A stretch of DNA of 64,000 bases, taken from positions 2,182 through 66,181 of the forward strand of contig JBBDZC010000008.1 in NCBI GenBank assembly GCA_040900375.1, given 5' to 3'. Shown here piece after piece: positions 53,733 through 63,479 of this stretch. This DNA comes from Candidatus Anderseniibacteriota bacterium (GTDB lineage: Bacteria > Patescibacteriota > Andersenbacteria > UBA10190). The notes under the pieces were generated by a model. It was not told the DNA's origin. It searched no databases and was given only the letters and a program-made list of their open reading frames with translations. How positions within the stretch are numbered: the stretch's first letter is position 1; each line of letters opens with the position of its first letter. Both the position numbers and the translations under genes were made by a program.

Positions 53733-55580
53733 ATGAGTGTTTTTAGTGATGTTGTGGGTGTGCTCAAAGGAAAGCAGTCTGCCTCATCGGATGAGGCCGA
53801 GCGAGCGGCCCAGGCAACACTCAAGCAGTTTAACCAGGGGATTTCCTCTCTGAAGGATATTATTGCCCCGGCGGGCTTTCGGGTCACGCCCCAGTACATT
53901 GAAATTGATGGGAAATTTGCTACAACGCTCTTTGTGACGACCTATCCGCGCTTTTTAGACACTAATTGGTTTGCCCCAATCGTTAATTTCGACGTGGAGT
54001 TCGATGTTGCCATGTTTATTTACCCGCAAGACTCCGCTGCGATTTTAAAACAGCTCCGTAAGCGAGTGACGCAAGTTTCAGCGTCGATTGCCATGCAGTC
54101 AGAAGCGGGCAAAGTCCGCGATCCCCAGTTAGAGACGGCGTATCAAGACATTGAGGAGCTCCGTGATCGCTTAGTGCAGGGGACCGAGCGCTTCTTTCAA
54201 TTCGGGCTGTATCTCACGATTTACGGCAAAACCCAAGAAGAACTCGATGATATTTTGTCGCAAATAGAGGTGTTGCTCGAGGGCCGCCTTGTGTACGCCA
54301 AGCCCGCCCTATTTCAAATGGAGCAAGGCTTTACGTCTACTCTGCCGCTCGGCCGCGACGAGCTTGGAGTGACGACTAATATGAATTCTTCACCACTCTC
54401 CACGAGTTTTCCCTTTGTTAGTTCTGACCTTACTAGTAATTCTGGCGTGCTCTACGGGATTAACTTGCACAACAACAGCCTCGTGCTCTTCGACCGCTTT
54501 AGTTTAGAAAATGCCAATATGGTTATTTTGGCTAAGTCTGGCGCGGGCAAGAGCTACACGGTCAAACTAGAGATCCTCCGCAGCCTCATGTTTGGCACCG
54601 AGGTGATTGTAATTGATCCCGAGCAAGAATACCGCTACCTCTCGGATGCGGTCGGCGGCAGCTACTTGCGAATTGCGATTGCCTCTGATCATCGGATTAA
54701 TCCCTTCGATTTGCCCGCCTTAGCTGAAGACGACAATCCTGAATCAATTTTGCGCGAGAATATCACGCGGCTTACCGGACTGATCTCGCTCATGATTAAC
54801 GGCATGTCGCCCGAGGAGCAATCGCTGGTTGACCGGGGCTTATGGGAAACCTACGCCATTAAAGATATTACCCGCGGCACGCGCTGGACTAAGCCAGATG
54901 TGCCTACCCTGCAAGATTTCTACCAGATTATCCACGACATGGCGGGGGGCAACAGCATTGCGGTGCGCCTCGAACGCTATGTCGAAGGTACTTTTGCTGG
55001 CGTCTTTAACCGGCCGACAAATATTGATCTCAACCAGCAGCTGATTGTTTTTAATGTGCGCGACATGGAAGAGGAGTTGCGGCCGATTGCGATGTACGTG
55101 ATCTTGGGCTTCATCTGGAATCGCGTCCGCAGCCAGCTCAAGAAGCGCTTGCTCGTCGTGGATGAGGCCTGGATCATGATGCAGCACGAGGAATCAGCCC
55201 AATTCTTATTCTCAATGGCGAAACGAGCCCGCAAATACTTCCTCGGTGTAACCACAATTACGCAGGACATTTCTGATTTCTTACAATCCAAGTACGGTAA
55301 ACCCATTATTACTAACTCTTCCTTGCAACTGCTCTTGCGGCAATCGCCAGCCGCGATTGATCTGCTCGCCCAAGTTTTCTATCTCACCGACCATGAGAAA
55401 TTCCGGCTTCTGGAAAGCGACGTGGGCGAGGGCATCTTTTTTGCCGGCTTAAAACACGTAGCGATCAAAGTGGTCGCCAGCTATGCCGAGGACCAAGTGA
55501 TTACTTCTGATCCCCAGCAGGTGTTAGCGATTGAAGCGGCTAAGCGCGAGATGGCGCAAAATCAACGAACCGCCCGCTAG
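53733..55580 (+). CDS. virB4: VirB4-family T4SS ATPase
   Basis: Walker A AKSGAGKS, IDPE.EY, INPF, Walker B VVDEAW, RKY......TQD. Confidence 0.92.
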   Translation: MSVFSDVVGVLKGKQSASSDEAERAAQATLKQFNQGISSLKDIIAPAGFRVTPQYIEIDGKFATTLFVTTYPRFLDTNWFAPIVNFDVEFDVAMFIYPQDSAAILKQLRKRVTQVSASIAMQSEAGKVRDPQLETAYQDIEELRDRLVQGTERFFQFGLYLTIYGKTQEELDDILSQIEVLLEGRLVYAKPALFQMEQGFTSTLPLGRDELGVTTNMNSSPLSTSFPFVSSDLTSNSGVLYGINLHNNSLVLFDRFSLENANMVILAKSGAGKSYTVKLEILRSLMFGTEVIVIDPEQEYRYLSDAVGGSYLRIAIASDHRINPFDLPALAEDDNPESILRENITRLTGLISLMINGMSPEEQSLVDRGLWETYAIKDITRGTRWTKPDVPTLQDFYQIIHDMAGGNSIAVRLERYVEGTFAGVFNRPTNIDLNQQLIVFNVRDMEEELRPIAMYVILGFIWNRVRSQLKKRLLVVDEAWIMMQHEESAQFLFSMAKRARKYFLGVTTITQDISDFLQSKYGKPIITNSSLQLLLRQSPAAIDLLAQVFYLTDHEKFRLLESDVGEGIFFAGLKHVAIKVVASYAEDQVITSDPQQVLAIEAAKREMAQNQRTAR

Positions 55581-56258
55581 GTGGCGGCTGACACCCCTAT
55601 GGCTGATGCAGTTGCCCAAGCCCAGCAACGAGAAGAGAGAGCTCGCGCCGCACTAGAGGCGCGAAAAAATCAAGCTCGCAGGGCGGGCGGCAGAGCTGGA
55701 GCCAGGGGCGGAGAGGCGGCGGGAGCCGCGGCTGGGCAGGCTGGCGGCATGGCGGCGGGAGGAGCGGCCGGGGCTGGGGTCGGGACAGTGGTGGGAGGTA
55801 TACGGGGAGCAATTGCCGGCGCACCGGCGGGCGGGGTAGGGGCCATTCCCGGAGCTTTTGCCGGCGCGGCCGAGGGCGCGGCCGAATTTGGTGCCCAGGG
55901 GGCGCGCATGGGCGGCAGTGTCGGCAGAAAAGTCGGGCGATATACCGGTAAATACGCGGGGAGAAAAGCAGGGGAAGCAGCGGCCAGTACGGCGGCCAGT
56001 GCCGCTAGTGTGGATAAAAAGATACAAATTAGGATGGCGCAAGCGCAAGCGGCGCGGGCTCAACAAGAAGCGATGGCGGAGCAAGACGTGGGTGATGTCC
56101 TCGAGCGAAAGATTAAAAAAACGATCAGTTATCCCATTAAAAAAGTTTTCTCATTCGCCCTGCCCTTTCTCGTGCTCGGTTTATTACTTCTGATGTTCTT
56201 CTTTATTATTCTGATGGTCGTACGCCAAGCGACAAATTCGGGAGGTAACCTCTCATGA
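55581..56258 (+). CDS. Gly/Ala-rich protein with C-terminal TM
   Basis: Glycine-zipper-like GxxxG repeats; start may be ATG 55599. Confidence 0.7.
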   Translation: MAADTPMADAVAQAQQREERARAALEARKNQARRAGGRAGARGGEAAGAAAGQAGGMAAGGAAGAGVGTVVGGIRGAIAGAPAGGVGAIPGAFAGAAEGAAEFGAQGARMGGSVGRKVGRYTGKYAGRKAGEAAASTAASAASVDKKIQIRMAQAQAARAQQEAMAEQDVGDVLERKIKKTISYPIKKVFSFALPFLVLGLLLLMFFFIILMVVRQATNSGGNLS

Positions 56259-56779
56259 TCAACCAACATTTCTTTGCCATACTTTTCACCACTCTCCTGC
56301 TTACGAGTAGTATGATGCTAGCTTTACCCGATGCTTTCGCTCAAGGCGCAAGTGGTGCTAGTTGTAGTGATAACAATCCGTGTCCTGAATATTACATTTG
56401 CCAGAAGTCTCAAGGGAGCACCACGGGAACTTGCGTGTGTCCATTTGGCGAATTTGAAGCGCCAATTAACGAGAAGGTTTCCGGCGATATTTGTGCGTAC
56501 CTGGCCAATAATCAAAGCACACCTTTTCTCTCAACGGTAAAAGTAATTGTTAATTTTTTGACAGCGATCGTGGTCGCCATCGGGCTCATTATGGTCGTCG
56601 CGGCCGGCTACGTGTATATGACGGCGGGTGGGGATGCGAGCAAAGTGGGAAAGGCTAAGACAATGATCCAAGCCGCCCTATTCGGCATTGCGCTGGCGCT
56701 GACGGCCTTCCTGGTTCTCAATACTATTAGCCCACAATTTGCTTCGGAGGTTAAAGAGCCAGAGTTTAATACGCCGTAG
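56255..56779 (+). CDS. VirB2/TrbC-like T4SS pilin with Cys-rich N-terminal domain
   Basis: Signal AFA-Q; 6 Cys; G..YMTAGGD......AK..I..A..G......LN.ISP. Confidence 0.85.
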   Translation: MINQHFFAILFTTLLLTSSMMLALPDAFAQGASGASCSDNNPCPEYYICQKSQGSTTGTCVCPFGEFEAPINEKVSGDICAYLANNQSTPFLSTVKVIVNFLTAIVVAIGLIMVVAAGYVYMTAGGDASKVGKAKTMIQAALFGIALALTAFLVLNTISPQFASEVKEPEFNTP

Positions 56780-58019
56780 TGTCAGCGAGGGTGAGGGCGA
56801 GCAAAACAAAGTGAAGCGCGGCCAAATCGTTTTTCCAAAAAATGGTATCAACGAGACCGAAAAGCAGGAGAGAGAGCAGCGATAACAAGAGCGCTTGAGT
56901 ATGAGGCTTACGCCACTTAGCGCGCCAGAAGATAGCGACATGGAGACCAATAAAGGAGAAAAGTCCGAGTAAACCGGTATTGAGCCATAGGGATAAAAGC
57001 CAGTTATGCGGGTCACGCACGACAAACTCTGGCAGGGGTTGGGGGCCTGTGGATAAAGACGCGGCATAATCTTGAAAACGTTCATGGAGCACCTGTTGAT
57101 AGGCTGGTTCAAATTGTCCTAAGCCAATACCGAGGAGAGGATGGTGCTGCAGTAGCTCAATACTGACACTCCACAACTGTTGACGGACGGATAGGGAATT
57201 AGCCTGGCCACTCGTCCAGGGATTAACTAAATACGCCAGCCGGCCCGAGTAAACCAGGCTACCAGCCGCCAGGACTATAAAGATCATGAGATACCATTTG
57301 GCGCGGCGCGGCGGGGGGAGCCACGCCGTAATGCCAACTAGGAGTGTGGCCACGACCGCAACGAGAGCGGCCGCTGATTGGGTCGCCAAGAGAGCCACGC
57401 TCATGGTGAGGATGCCGAGACGTGTTGCCCACGAGTGATCGCCGGCTGCCAGGGAGCGCCACAGCGCCAACACTAAGAGCGGGGCCAGCCAGAGAGCGAG
57501 GGAGTTAGGCACATCATAGACACTCGTAATGCGTTCGTCGCGGCCAATCTGGGTTAACCCCCACAGAGCCGTAGCGGTGCCCGACCAAACGAGTCCCCGG
57601 ATGAGCCGGTGGGCGATTAATTGGTTCTGCGCCGCGCTGAAGATAAGCCAGCTGAAGAGAAGAGGAATAAAAATCCAACTTTTTAAAATACCGAGGCTCA
57701 CCCGTGTCTGCGGTGAAATAATGGTGGCGATAATACTGGCGCCTAAGAAACAGAGCCCAAAGATAAGGACAGATCGCGGCATTTTCTGGGCGGCTATCAG
57801 CCAGGAGTGGCGCACGGCTCTTTGGCAAAGACCAAGAATAGCGACGACGATCACGCTGATCTCAAAAACATTTGTAGGCAGCCCGAAGAGGGAGAGACGC
57901 AGAAGATACGCTGGCAGTAAGAAGATGGTGATGACAAGAGCCGTATGGTAGTGCCACAGACCCAAGGGCACCAGGGACAGCATGGCGAACCCGATTAAGG
58001 TGTCAGAGAGAAGATTCAT
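56766..58019 (-). CDS. O-antigen ligase/Wzy_C family membrane protein
   Basis: PNSLA, TQS, R...W......HPLLGIGLG.F, PHN..L. Confidence 0.88.
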   Translation of the reverse strand: MNLLSDTLIGFAMLSLVPLGLWHYHTALVITIFLLPAYLLRLSLFGLPTNVFEISVIVVAILGLCQRAVRHSWLIAAQKMPRSVLIFGLCFLGASIIATIISPQTRVSLGILKSWIFIPLLFSWLIFSAAQNQLIAHRLIRGLVWSGTATALWGLTQIGRDERITSVYDVPNSLALWLAPLLVLALWRSLAAGDHSWATRLGILTMSVALLATQSAAALVAVVATLLVGITAWLPPPRRAKWYLMIFIVLAAGSLVYSGRLAYLVNPWTSGQANSLSVRQQLWSVSIELLQHHPLLGIGLGQFEPAYQQVLHERFQDYAASLSTGPQPLPEFVVRDPHNWLLSLWLNTGLLGLFSFIGLHVAIFWRAKWRKPHTQALLLSLLSLLLFGLVDTIFWKNDLAALHFVLLALTLADTTAY

Positions 58020-59391
58020 GGGAAGGATCGGTCGTAAGTTCTAGAGCGATGAGCACAATGATTACAATCAGGAGGTGAGCATATAACAAACCATTAATGA
58101 ATTGAGCCTGCACCATCCACGCGAGCAAGCTGGCCGCGACCGCCAGGCTGCCAGGCTGCCGATAGAGCAACCACCGGCGGACAAAGATTAAGCCTATGGC
58201 TACCCAGGGCAGTATAAACAACGCGGCGCCGATGATGCCGGTAGTCACCCATAGGGTAAGGAGACTGTTATCAGCTCCGGCCCGAGAATGAATGGTGAAA
58301 TTATCTAGTAAACCCGCGGCGGCGGCCGCAAATTGGTAGGCATTATAGCCTACGCCAGTGCCTGCGTGTGCGACCGCCAAAGGCCAAACAGCCGCCACGG
58401 ATTCTAGCCGCAGCGTCACAGTGGGATCATACGTAACAAGTCCCCACACACGATCGCGGAGTAACCATAGGCTGGTAGTCGCCAGTGCTAAACATATACC
58501 GAGAATACTTAGCAGGCGCATGGTGGCAGGCACTCTGTTCTTTGGTCGCGATCGCCCGATCACCCACAAGGGTGAAATCAGAGTCCCGGCAATTAGCAGG
58601 GCACTAACGGCGCTACGGGATTGGGTGAGGAGAAGAGCAACGAGGAGGGCACCAGTGACTCCGAGGAGTAGTAATAGGTTATAGGGCACAGAGTCTTGCG
58701 GGGCGGGCCGCGCCAGTAAACTAATAACCCAGGGAAGTGCCAGCACGAGCAGACCGCCAAAAAAATTGGGATCGAGCCACGTGGAGACTAAACGATTTTG
58801 ATGCGGGTCCCACCCAGAACCAAAACCAATGAGATTGGGCACCAAGAAGAGCTGCAATGCGCCGAGTCCAACTAGCAATGATAGCGTGATTAAGAGACCG
58901 GTGCGCAAGCAAGAGCGATAGAAAGAAAATTGCGCCAGAAAAAGCAGCGTCGGTAGCAGCGCGAGGTAAGTAACCAAGCGTACCCAGTAGGCCCCCGCAA
59001 TTAGGGTGGCCGAGGAGCCCAGATCAGGGGCATGAATGATGAGAGTCCATAAACTCCAGGCAAGAAAAGGTAGGAATAAGAGGTATGAGATGAGCGGCAG
59101 AGAATGCGAAGGTGACACTGCCTGGTTGCCGTGAAGGGGTAATTTTCTGGGACGGAGCCACCGCAGGAGCAGCGCCGAGGCTAGGACAAGGACAACGGCA
59201 ACATCACTGACGAGTAATCCCCCTCCCTGACCCGGCAAGGGGAGCCGCACCAGTTGGCCCGCTACCAGCGAACCCATAAGGACACCGAGGGCAATGGCGG
59301 GAAAACGCACTACTCCCAAACTTGCCACGCTCAATGCACCGAGGGCGAAAAAAGCCGGTAGAGGCGCCGCCAGAATCGTTGCAGTAAGCAT
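58003..59391 (-). CDS. O-antigen ligase/Wzy-like membrane protein
   Basis: R..ST.LDPN, LT.SRSA, GVGYNAY, DNS.L......GIIG. Confidence 0.85.
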   Translation of the reverse strand: MLTATILAAPLPAFFALGALSVASLGVVRFPAIALGVLMGSLVAGQLVRLPLPGQGGGLLVSDVAVVLVLASALLLRWLRPRKLPLHGNQAVSPSHSLPLISYLLFLPFLAWSLWTLIIHAPDLGSSATLIAGAYWVRLVTYLALLPTLLFLAQFSFYRSCLRTGLLITLSLLVGLGALQLFLVPNLIGFGSGWDPHQNRLVSTWLDPNFFGGLLVLALPWVISLLARPAPQDSVPYNLLLLLGVTGALLVALLLTQSRSAVSALLIAGTLISPLWVIGRSRPKNRVPATMRLLSILGICLALATTSLWLLRDRVWGLVTYDPTVTLRLESVAAVWPLAVAHAGTGVGYNAYQFAAAAAGLLDNFTIHSRAGADNSLLTLWVTTGIIGAALFILPWVAIGLIFVRRWLLYRQPGSLAVAASLLAWMVQAQFINGLLYAHLLIVIIVLIALELTTDPSHESSL

Positions 59392-60104
59392 ATCGTTCCA
59401 GCATAGTGCTTTCGAAAATACCTGTCAGCTGATTCGTCATAGAGGCGTGTCTTGAGCGCCAGGGAGGGCTGACTGGCGCCGCGCTGGTGATAGGCGCGAG
59501 CTTGCGGCACGAGCACAACCCGCCAACCGGCTTGACGCAGGCGCCGGCCGAAATCCACATCCTCCCAGTAGAGAAAGAATTGGGGATCAAAGCCACCCAC
59601 AGCATCAAAGGCATGGCGCCGAACCAGGCAGGCGCCGGCCGAAACCCATCCGCACGATATGGGTTGAGCCGGAACAGGAGGCGGCTTTATAAGCCTACGC
59701 CAGAGTAGTGATAATAGAGTAACATCCGATCCAAAACTCGCCTCTTCCACGCGACCAGAATCAGTCACGAGCAGCAACCCGGCCACACCGACTTTCGGAT
59801 GATCAACTAAATACTTTTCGGCAACGGCAAGAGCACCAGGAAAAATTGCGGCGTCAGGATTAAGGAAGAGAATGTAGTCACTCATTGTGGATTGGGCGCC
59901 ACGGTTGCACGCGGTGGCAAAACCAACATTGTGTGACTGGGGGAAATAGTGCATTCCCAACTTATGCACTAGATTGGTAGTGGCATCGGTCGAAGCATTA
60001 TCAACAACCACCACTTCTGCAATCCCGTTCTGGCGTAAGCTGGCTAGGCAGGCGGTGAGCGTGGCGGCAGAGTTGTACGTTACCACAACAGCACTCGTGG
60101 TCAT
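59331..60104 (-). CDS. GT2 glycosyltransferase (rhamnosyltransferase-like)
   Basis: VV.YNS, VDNASTD, N.GF..ACN.G, LNPD, FFLY.ED.D. Confidence 0.92.
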   Translation of the reverse strand: MTTSAVVVTYNSAATLTACLASLRQNGIAEVVVVDNASTDATTNLVHKLGMHYFPQSHNVGFATACNRGAQSTMSDYILFLNPDAAIFPGALAVAEKYLVDHPKVGVAGLLLVTDSGRVEEASFGSDVTLLSLLWRRLIKPPPVPAQPISCGWVSAGACLVRRHAFDAVGGFDPQFFLYWEDVDFGRRLRQAGWRVVLVPQARAYHQRGASQPSLALKTRLYDESADRYFRKHYAGTICLLQRFWRRLYRLFSPSVH

Positions 60105-60994
60105 GGGGTGCGACGCTTACCGGTGATACCGCGACGTGCATCCTGGAGGCCTTGAGCGACCACGCTACTATGCTTACTAGGCCAGACCCGATGCCGCAAC
60201 CCCCGCAGACGATTAACAAGCCGCCACCATAATGAGAGTGGCCAAGGAGTTTCGTGTTCCATGTAGAGGGCGCCATTGCGGACTAAGTAATAGAGTTTTT
60301 CTGCGGAACGAGCGGCGGATGTCTCCTTGTGGCGCACCCGGACAGTGGAGGCGACTTGCAGAAGCACGCCTCGACGGCGCAACCGTGAACCCAAGAGAAC
60401 ATCTTCCCAGTATAAAAAATAGTGCTCGGGCAAGCCTTGGACCGAGAGCAACAACGTTAAGGGGGCAGTCATAAAAGCACCGTGAATATAATCTAAGTTA
60501 CGAGCCGTATACTTGTCGGCTGATCGCACAAGGTGGGCCCGTCCCGTCCACATATTCACCCGCCCGCCGCCGTGAATTGCACTGTGGCCCTCTTCAATGA
60601 CTGCTCCCGCCAACGTTGGTTGGAGATGTGCTGCCCACCAGGTGTGCAGCTTCGCTACCGTATCAGGGTACACGTGCACATCATTATTCATAATAACGAC
60701 TATATCTGATCCCTGGGCGCCAGTAGAGACAAGCGCCCCGAGACCAAGATTAACTCCCGCGCCGTATCCAGCATTATTTTCTGGCGTCAGAATTTGATAG
60801 TGAGGCGAGGGGGGCAGTGTCAGCGGCGTGGGGCCATGATCAACAATGATAATTTTTGCCGGTGGGGCCGAGCTGCGTTCCAAAGCACGAATAGCATTTT
60901 GGGTAACGTGGGCCGCACCATAATGGACAAGTATGACAAAGCATTGTCGTTTTTGTGGATTGGCTGTGGATAATACTGGGGAAAACCCTATCAT
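60101..60994 (-). CDS. GT2 glycosyltransferase
   Basis: N.GYGAG.N, MNND, YFLYWED; start uncertain. Confidence 0.88.
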   Translation of the reverse strand: MIGFSPVLSTANPQKRQCFVILVHYGAAHVTQNAIRALERSSAPPAKIIIVDHGPTPLTLPPSPHYQILTPENNAGYGAGVNLGLGALVSTGAQGSDIVVIMNNDVHVYPDTVAKLHTWWAAHLQPTLAGAVIEEGHSAIHGGGRVNMWTGRAHLVRSADKYTARNLDYIHGAFMTAPLTLLLSVQGLPEHYFLYWEDVLLGSRLRRRGVLLQVASTVRVRHKETSAARSAEKLYYLVRNGALYMEHETPWPLSLWWRLVNRLRGLRHRVWPSKHSSVVAQGLQDARRGITGKRRTP

Positions 60995-61050
60995 TATAGT
61001 GGAAAGAATGTGTGAAAATTAATTTTATTTGTCTTAATTAAGCCTTTTTA

Positions 61051-61965
61051 TTATTTATCGGTATGGAGGCCGTGCCAAAAGTAGAGTGCGGTCAGATTTT
61101 GAAAGAGGCGGGGAAACGTCAGCTTTTCTCCCAGTATACTCGTCAGCAACCAGAGTAAGAGTGGGCCACCGAGATATATGGCTATTTTCTGTTTATAGAA
61201 GCGGCGGCGAGAAAGGGAGGGAAGTAAAGCTACCGCCGGGTGCAATTTTTGGTAGATAGCCAAACTCTGGCCGGTGAGAACCTGGCGATGGCAAATTGCC
61301 CTAACGCTATAGCGGTGATGATGGAGGGCACGGGCCTGATGCAGGACATGCAACTGCAACCCGCGTGCGCCCAGGCGCCGCCCCAGTTCTAAATCCTCCC
61401 AGCCATACGCGGTAAATTGAGGAGCAAAATGATTGTTATGTACCATCTCGCGCTTGAGTGAAAGGTGAGCACCATAGAAGAAGTGTCGTGGATCGGCGGA
61501 GCGGCGACCTAGGAGAGCATCATAATTATTCTGCTGGCCACCATGCGTCATCCACATCATGAGCGGCGAAGGATTAATCCGTGGATCCCAGGTAACAAAA
61601 CCGAGGGCGGCCTGGTGAGGATCAGGATACTGCTGGTGAAATTCTAGATGAGCCAGCAGCGCGCCGGGTCGCAGTATAATATCCGCTCCTAGGAACAAAA
61701 TAATATCCCCAGTGGCCGCCTGGAGGCCGCGATTACGAGCCTGGGCAGAGCCGGCGTGCGGGCCTTTCACTACTAGATAGGACCCAGGCGAGGGCGGTGA
61801 AGACCGTTCGACTACAGGGACAACATCAGCTGCGGAGCCATCATCACTAATGATTAAGCGTAAAACCCAGCCTGGCGGCAAGCGCTGCTGCCACAACGCG
61901 GTGAGCGTGGCGGGCAAGACTGGTTCACTATTATACGTCGGGATAATAACATCACACTGCGGCAT
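61051..61965 (-). CDS. GT2 glycosyltransferase
   Basis: IIPTYN, DDGS, ARN.G, YGWEDLELG.RL. Confidence 0.9.
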   Translation of the reverse strand: MPQCDVIIPTYNSEPVLPATLTALWQQRLPPGWVLRLIISDDGSAADVVPVVERSSPPSPGSYLVVKGPHAGSAQARNRGLQAATGDIILFLGADIILRPGALLAHLEFHQQYPDPHQAALGFVTWDPRINPSPLMMWMTHGGQQNNYDALLGRRSADPRHFFYGAHLSLKREMVHNNHFAPQFTAYGWEDLELGRRLGARGLQLHVLHQARALHHHRYSVRAICHRQVLTGQSLAIYQKLHPAVALLPSLSRRRFYKQKIAIYLGGPLLLWLLTSILGEKLTFPRLFQNLTALYFWHGLHTDK

Positions 61966-61977
61966 ACAGATTGACTC

Positions 61978-63399
61978 TTAGGAAGAGGCGGGAGTAAGTA
62001 GTAAGGTTAACTGTTGCCGCGTCAGACTCCGCAAAATAATATTACAGGCAACATAGAATACGCTGGCCATCATAAGTTGCAGCCATACGGGGACCGTCGG
62101 TGGAAAAATCAGGAGCAGACAGATTGTCGCCAGTGCCGCGCCGGCAATACGCACAAGTAGGCGCAGATTATAGTGATAGCCGATGCTTCGATAAACCCAG
62201 GCCCCAGCCGTAACCGTCGCAATAATTTCTGTCGCCACAGTGGTCCAGGCTGCGGCCAAGGCTCCCCACAGGGGAATCGTGGCGAGATTAGCGAGAACGT
62301 TGCCTACGACGAGCATGGCGTACAGTATCAGGAGCATCTTTTGTTTGTCCAGGGCCACCAAGGTAAACCCAAAAATATTACCAAAGAACATACTGGCCAG
62401 CGCGAGGCTGACCACGCGGAGGAGTGGGCCAGCAGCTTCGTAGCCTGGACCAGCAATGAGTAAGACGAGTTGTTCAGTTGTCATTTGTAAGAAAATTAAT
62501 ACTAACACCACCGCGATTGTGATCACGTGCAGACTTTCCGAGAGCAGCCGACGACAGTGCGCAATCTTGCCTGCCTGCCATGCTGCTGTTAGTCGCGGTA
62601 AGAGCAGTCCCCCAAACATAGCGGGGAAGAAGAGGCCGCTTTCAATGAGGCGGTACGCAAAGCCGTAGTGACCAACTTCGGCCGGGGTGCGAAAGAATGA
62701 AAGTATGAGGGTATCGACCCGAAAGTAAATTGCATTCAAGACAAGCATTGCTCCTAAGGGCCAGGATACCCGCAGCAACTGGTGCCAGGTAGGGCGGTTA
62801 AACTTAAAGCGGTAGGGAAAGTAAATAGGCAATAAGCGTTGGTGCAGCAAGAAAGCACTCGCGGCCCCGAAGGTAAACATACTCACCATACCCACGAGTC
62901 CAACGGCAAGCGGCCAGAGCAGGACAATACCCACAATTTGGACGAGGCGACCCACTAGATCGCCAACAGTGACACGCCAGACAACGCTGTATTTTTGGTA
63001 CACCCCCATTAATAATTGACTTAATGATTGGAAGCTAAGGCCGAGAGCAACAATAAAGAAAGCGAGCGCAACCTCGCGCCAGGATGGAATGAGCAGTAAG
63101 ACTGCGCCACCGATAATAAAGACGAGGAGGAGTAAGGCTAAGCGCAGGGATATGATATGCGAAAGAATATGAGTTTCCTGCTGGGGATTTTTAGCAATTT
63201 CCCGCGTTAATGTTAAGTAGAGGCCAAAATCAGCCGCAAGGAGGAGGAGAGCGCCATAAGCTAAAAGCAGGCTATAAAAGCCAAAACCAGCCGCGCCGAG
63301 GTAGCGAGTTAAAAGAGCAGTGGCCACTATTCCCAGCGCCGCGCTGGAGAGGCGGCCAAGGGAGGCGAAGGCTGTGTTTAAGAGAATTGAGTGCGCCAT
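61978..63399 (-). CDS. wzx: Wzx-type oligosaccharide flippase
   Basis: NT......; RYLG...FG; DFGL.....RE; D.LIL......VG.Y..A; ~14 TMs. Confidence 0.9.
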   Translation of the reverse strand: MAHSILLNTAFASLGRLSSAALGIVATALLTRYLGAAGFGFYSLLLAYGALLLLAADFGLYLTLTREIAKNPQQETHILSHIISLRLALLLLVFIIGGAVLLLIPSWREVALAFFIVALGLSFQSLSQLLMGVYQKYSVVWRVTVGDLVGRLVQIVGIVLLWPLAVGLVGMVSMFTFGAASAFLLHQRLLPIYFPYRFKFNRPTWHQLLRVSWPLGAMLVLNAIYFRVDTLILSFFRTPAEVGHYGFAYRLIESGLFFPAMFGGLLLPRLTAAWQAGKIAHCRRLLSESLHVITIAVVLVLIFLQMTTEQLVLLIAGPGYEAAGPLLRVVSLALASMFFGNIFGFTLVALDKQKMLLILYAMLVVGNVLANLATIPLWGALAAAWTTVATEIIATVTAGAWVYRSIGYHYNLRLLVRIAGAALATICLLLIFPPTVPVWLQLMMASVFYVACNIILRSLTRQQLTLLLTPASS

Positions 63400-63479
63400 G
63401 AATGACCTCTTTTAAAAATTGAGCATAGCACGAAAGGGGTACTCTAGAAGTACCTAAGAATGTGCCGGGAGGTATGAGT

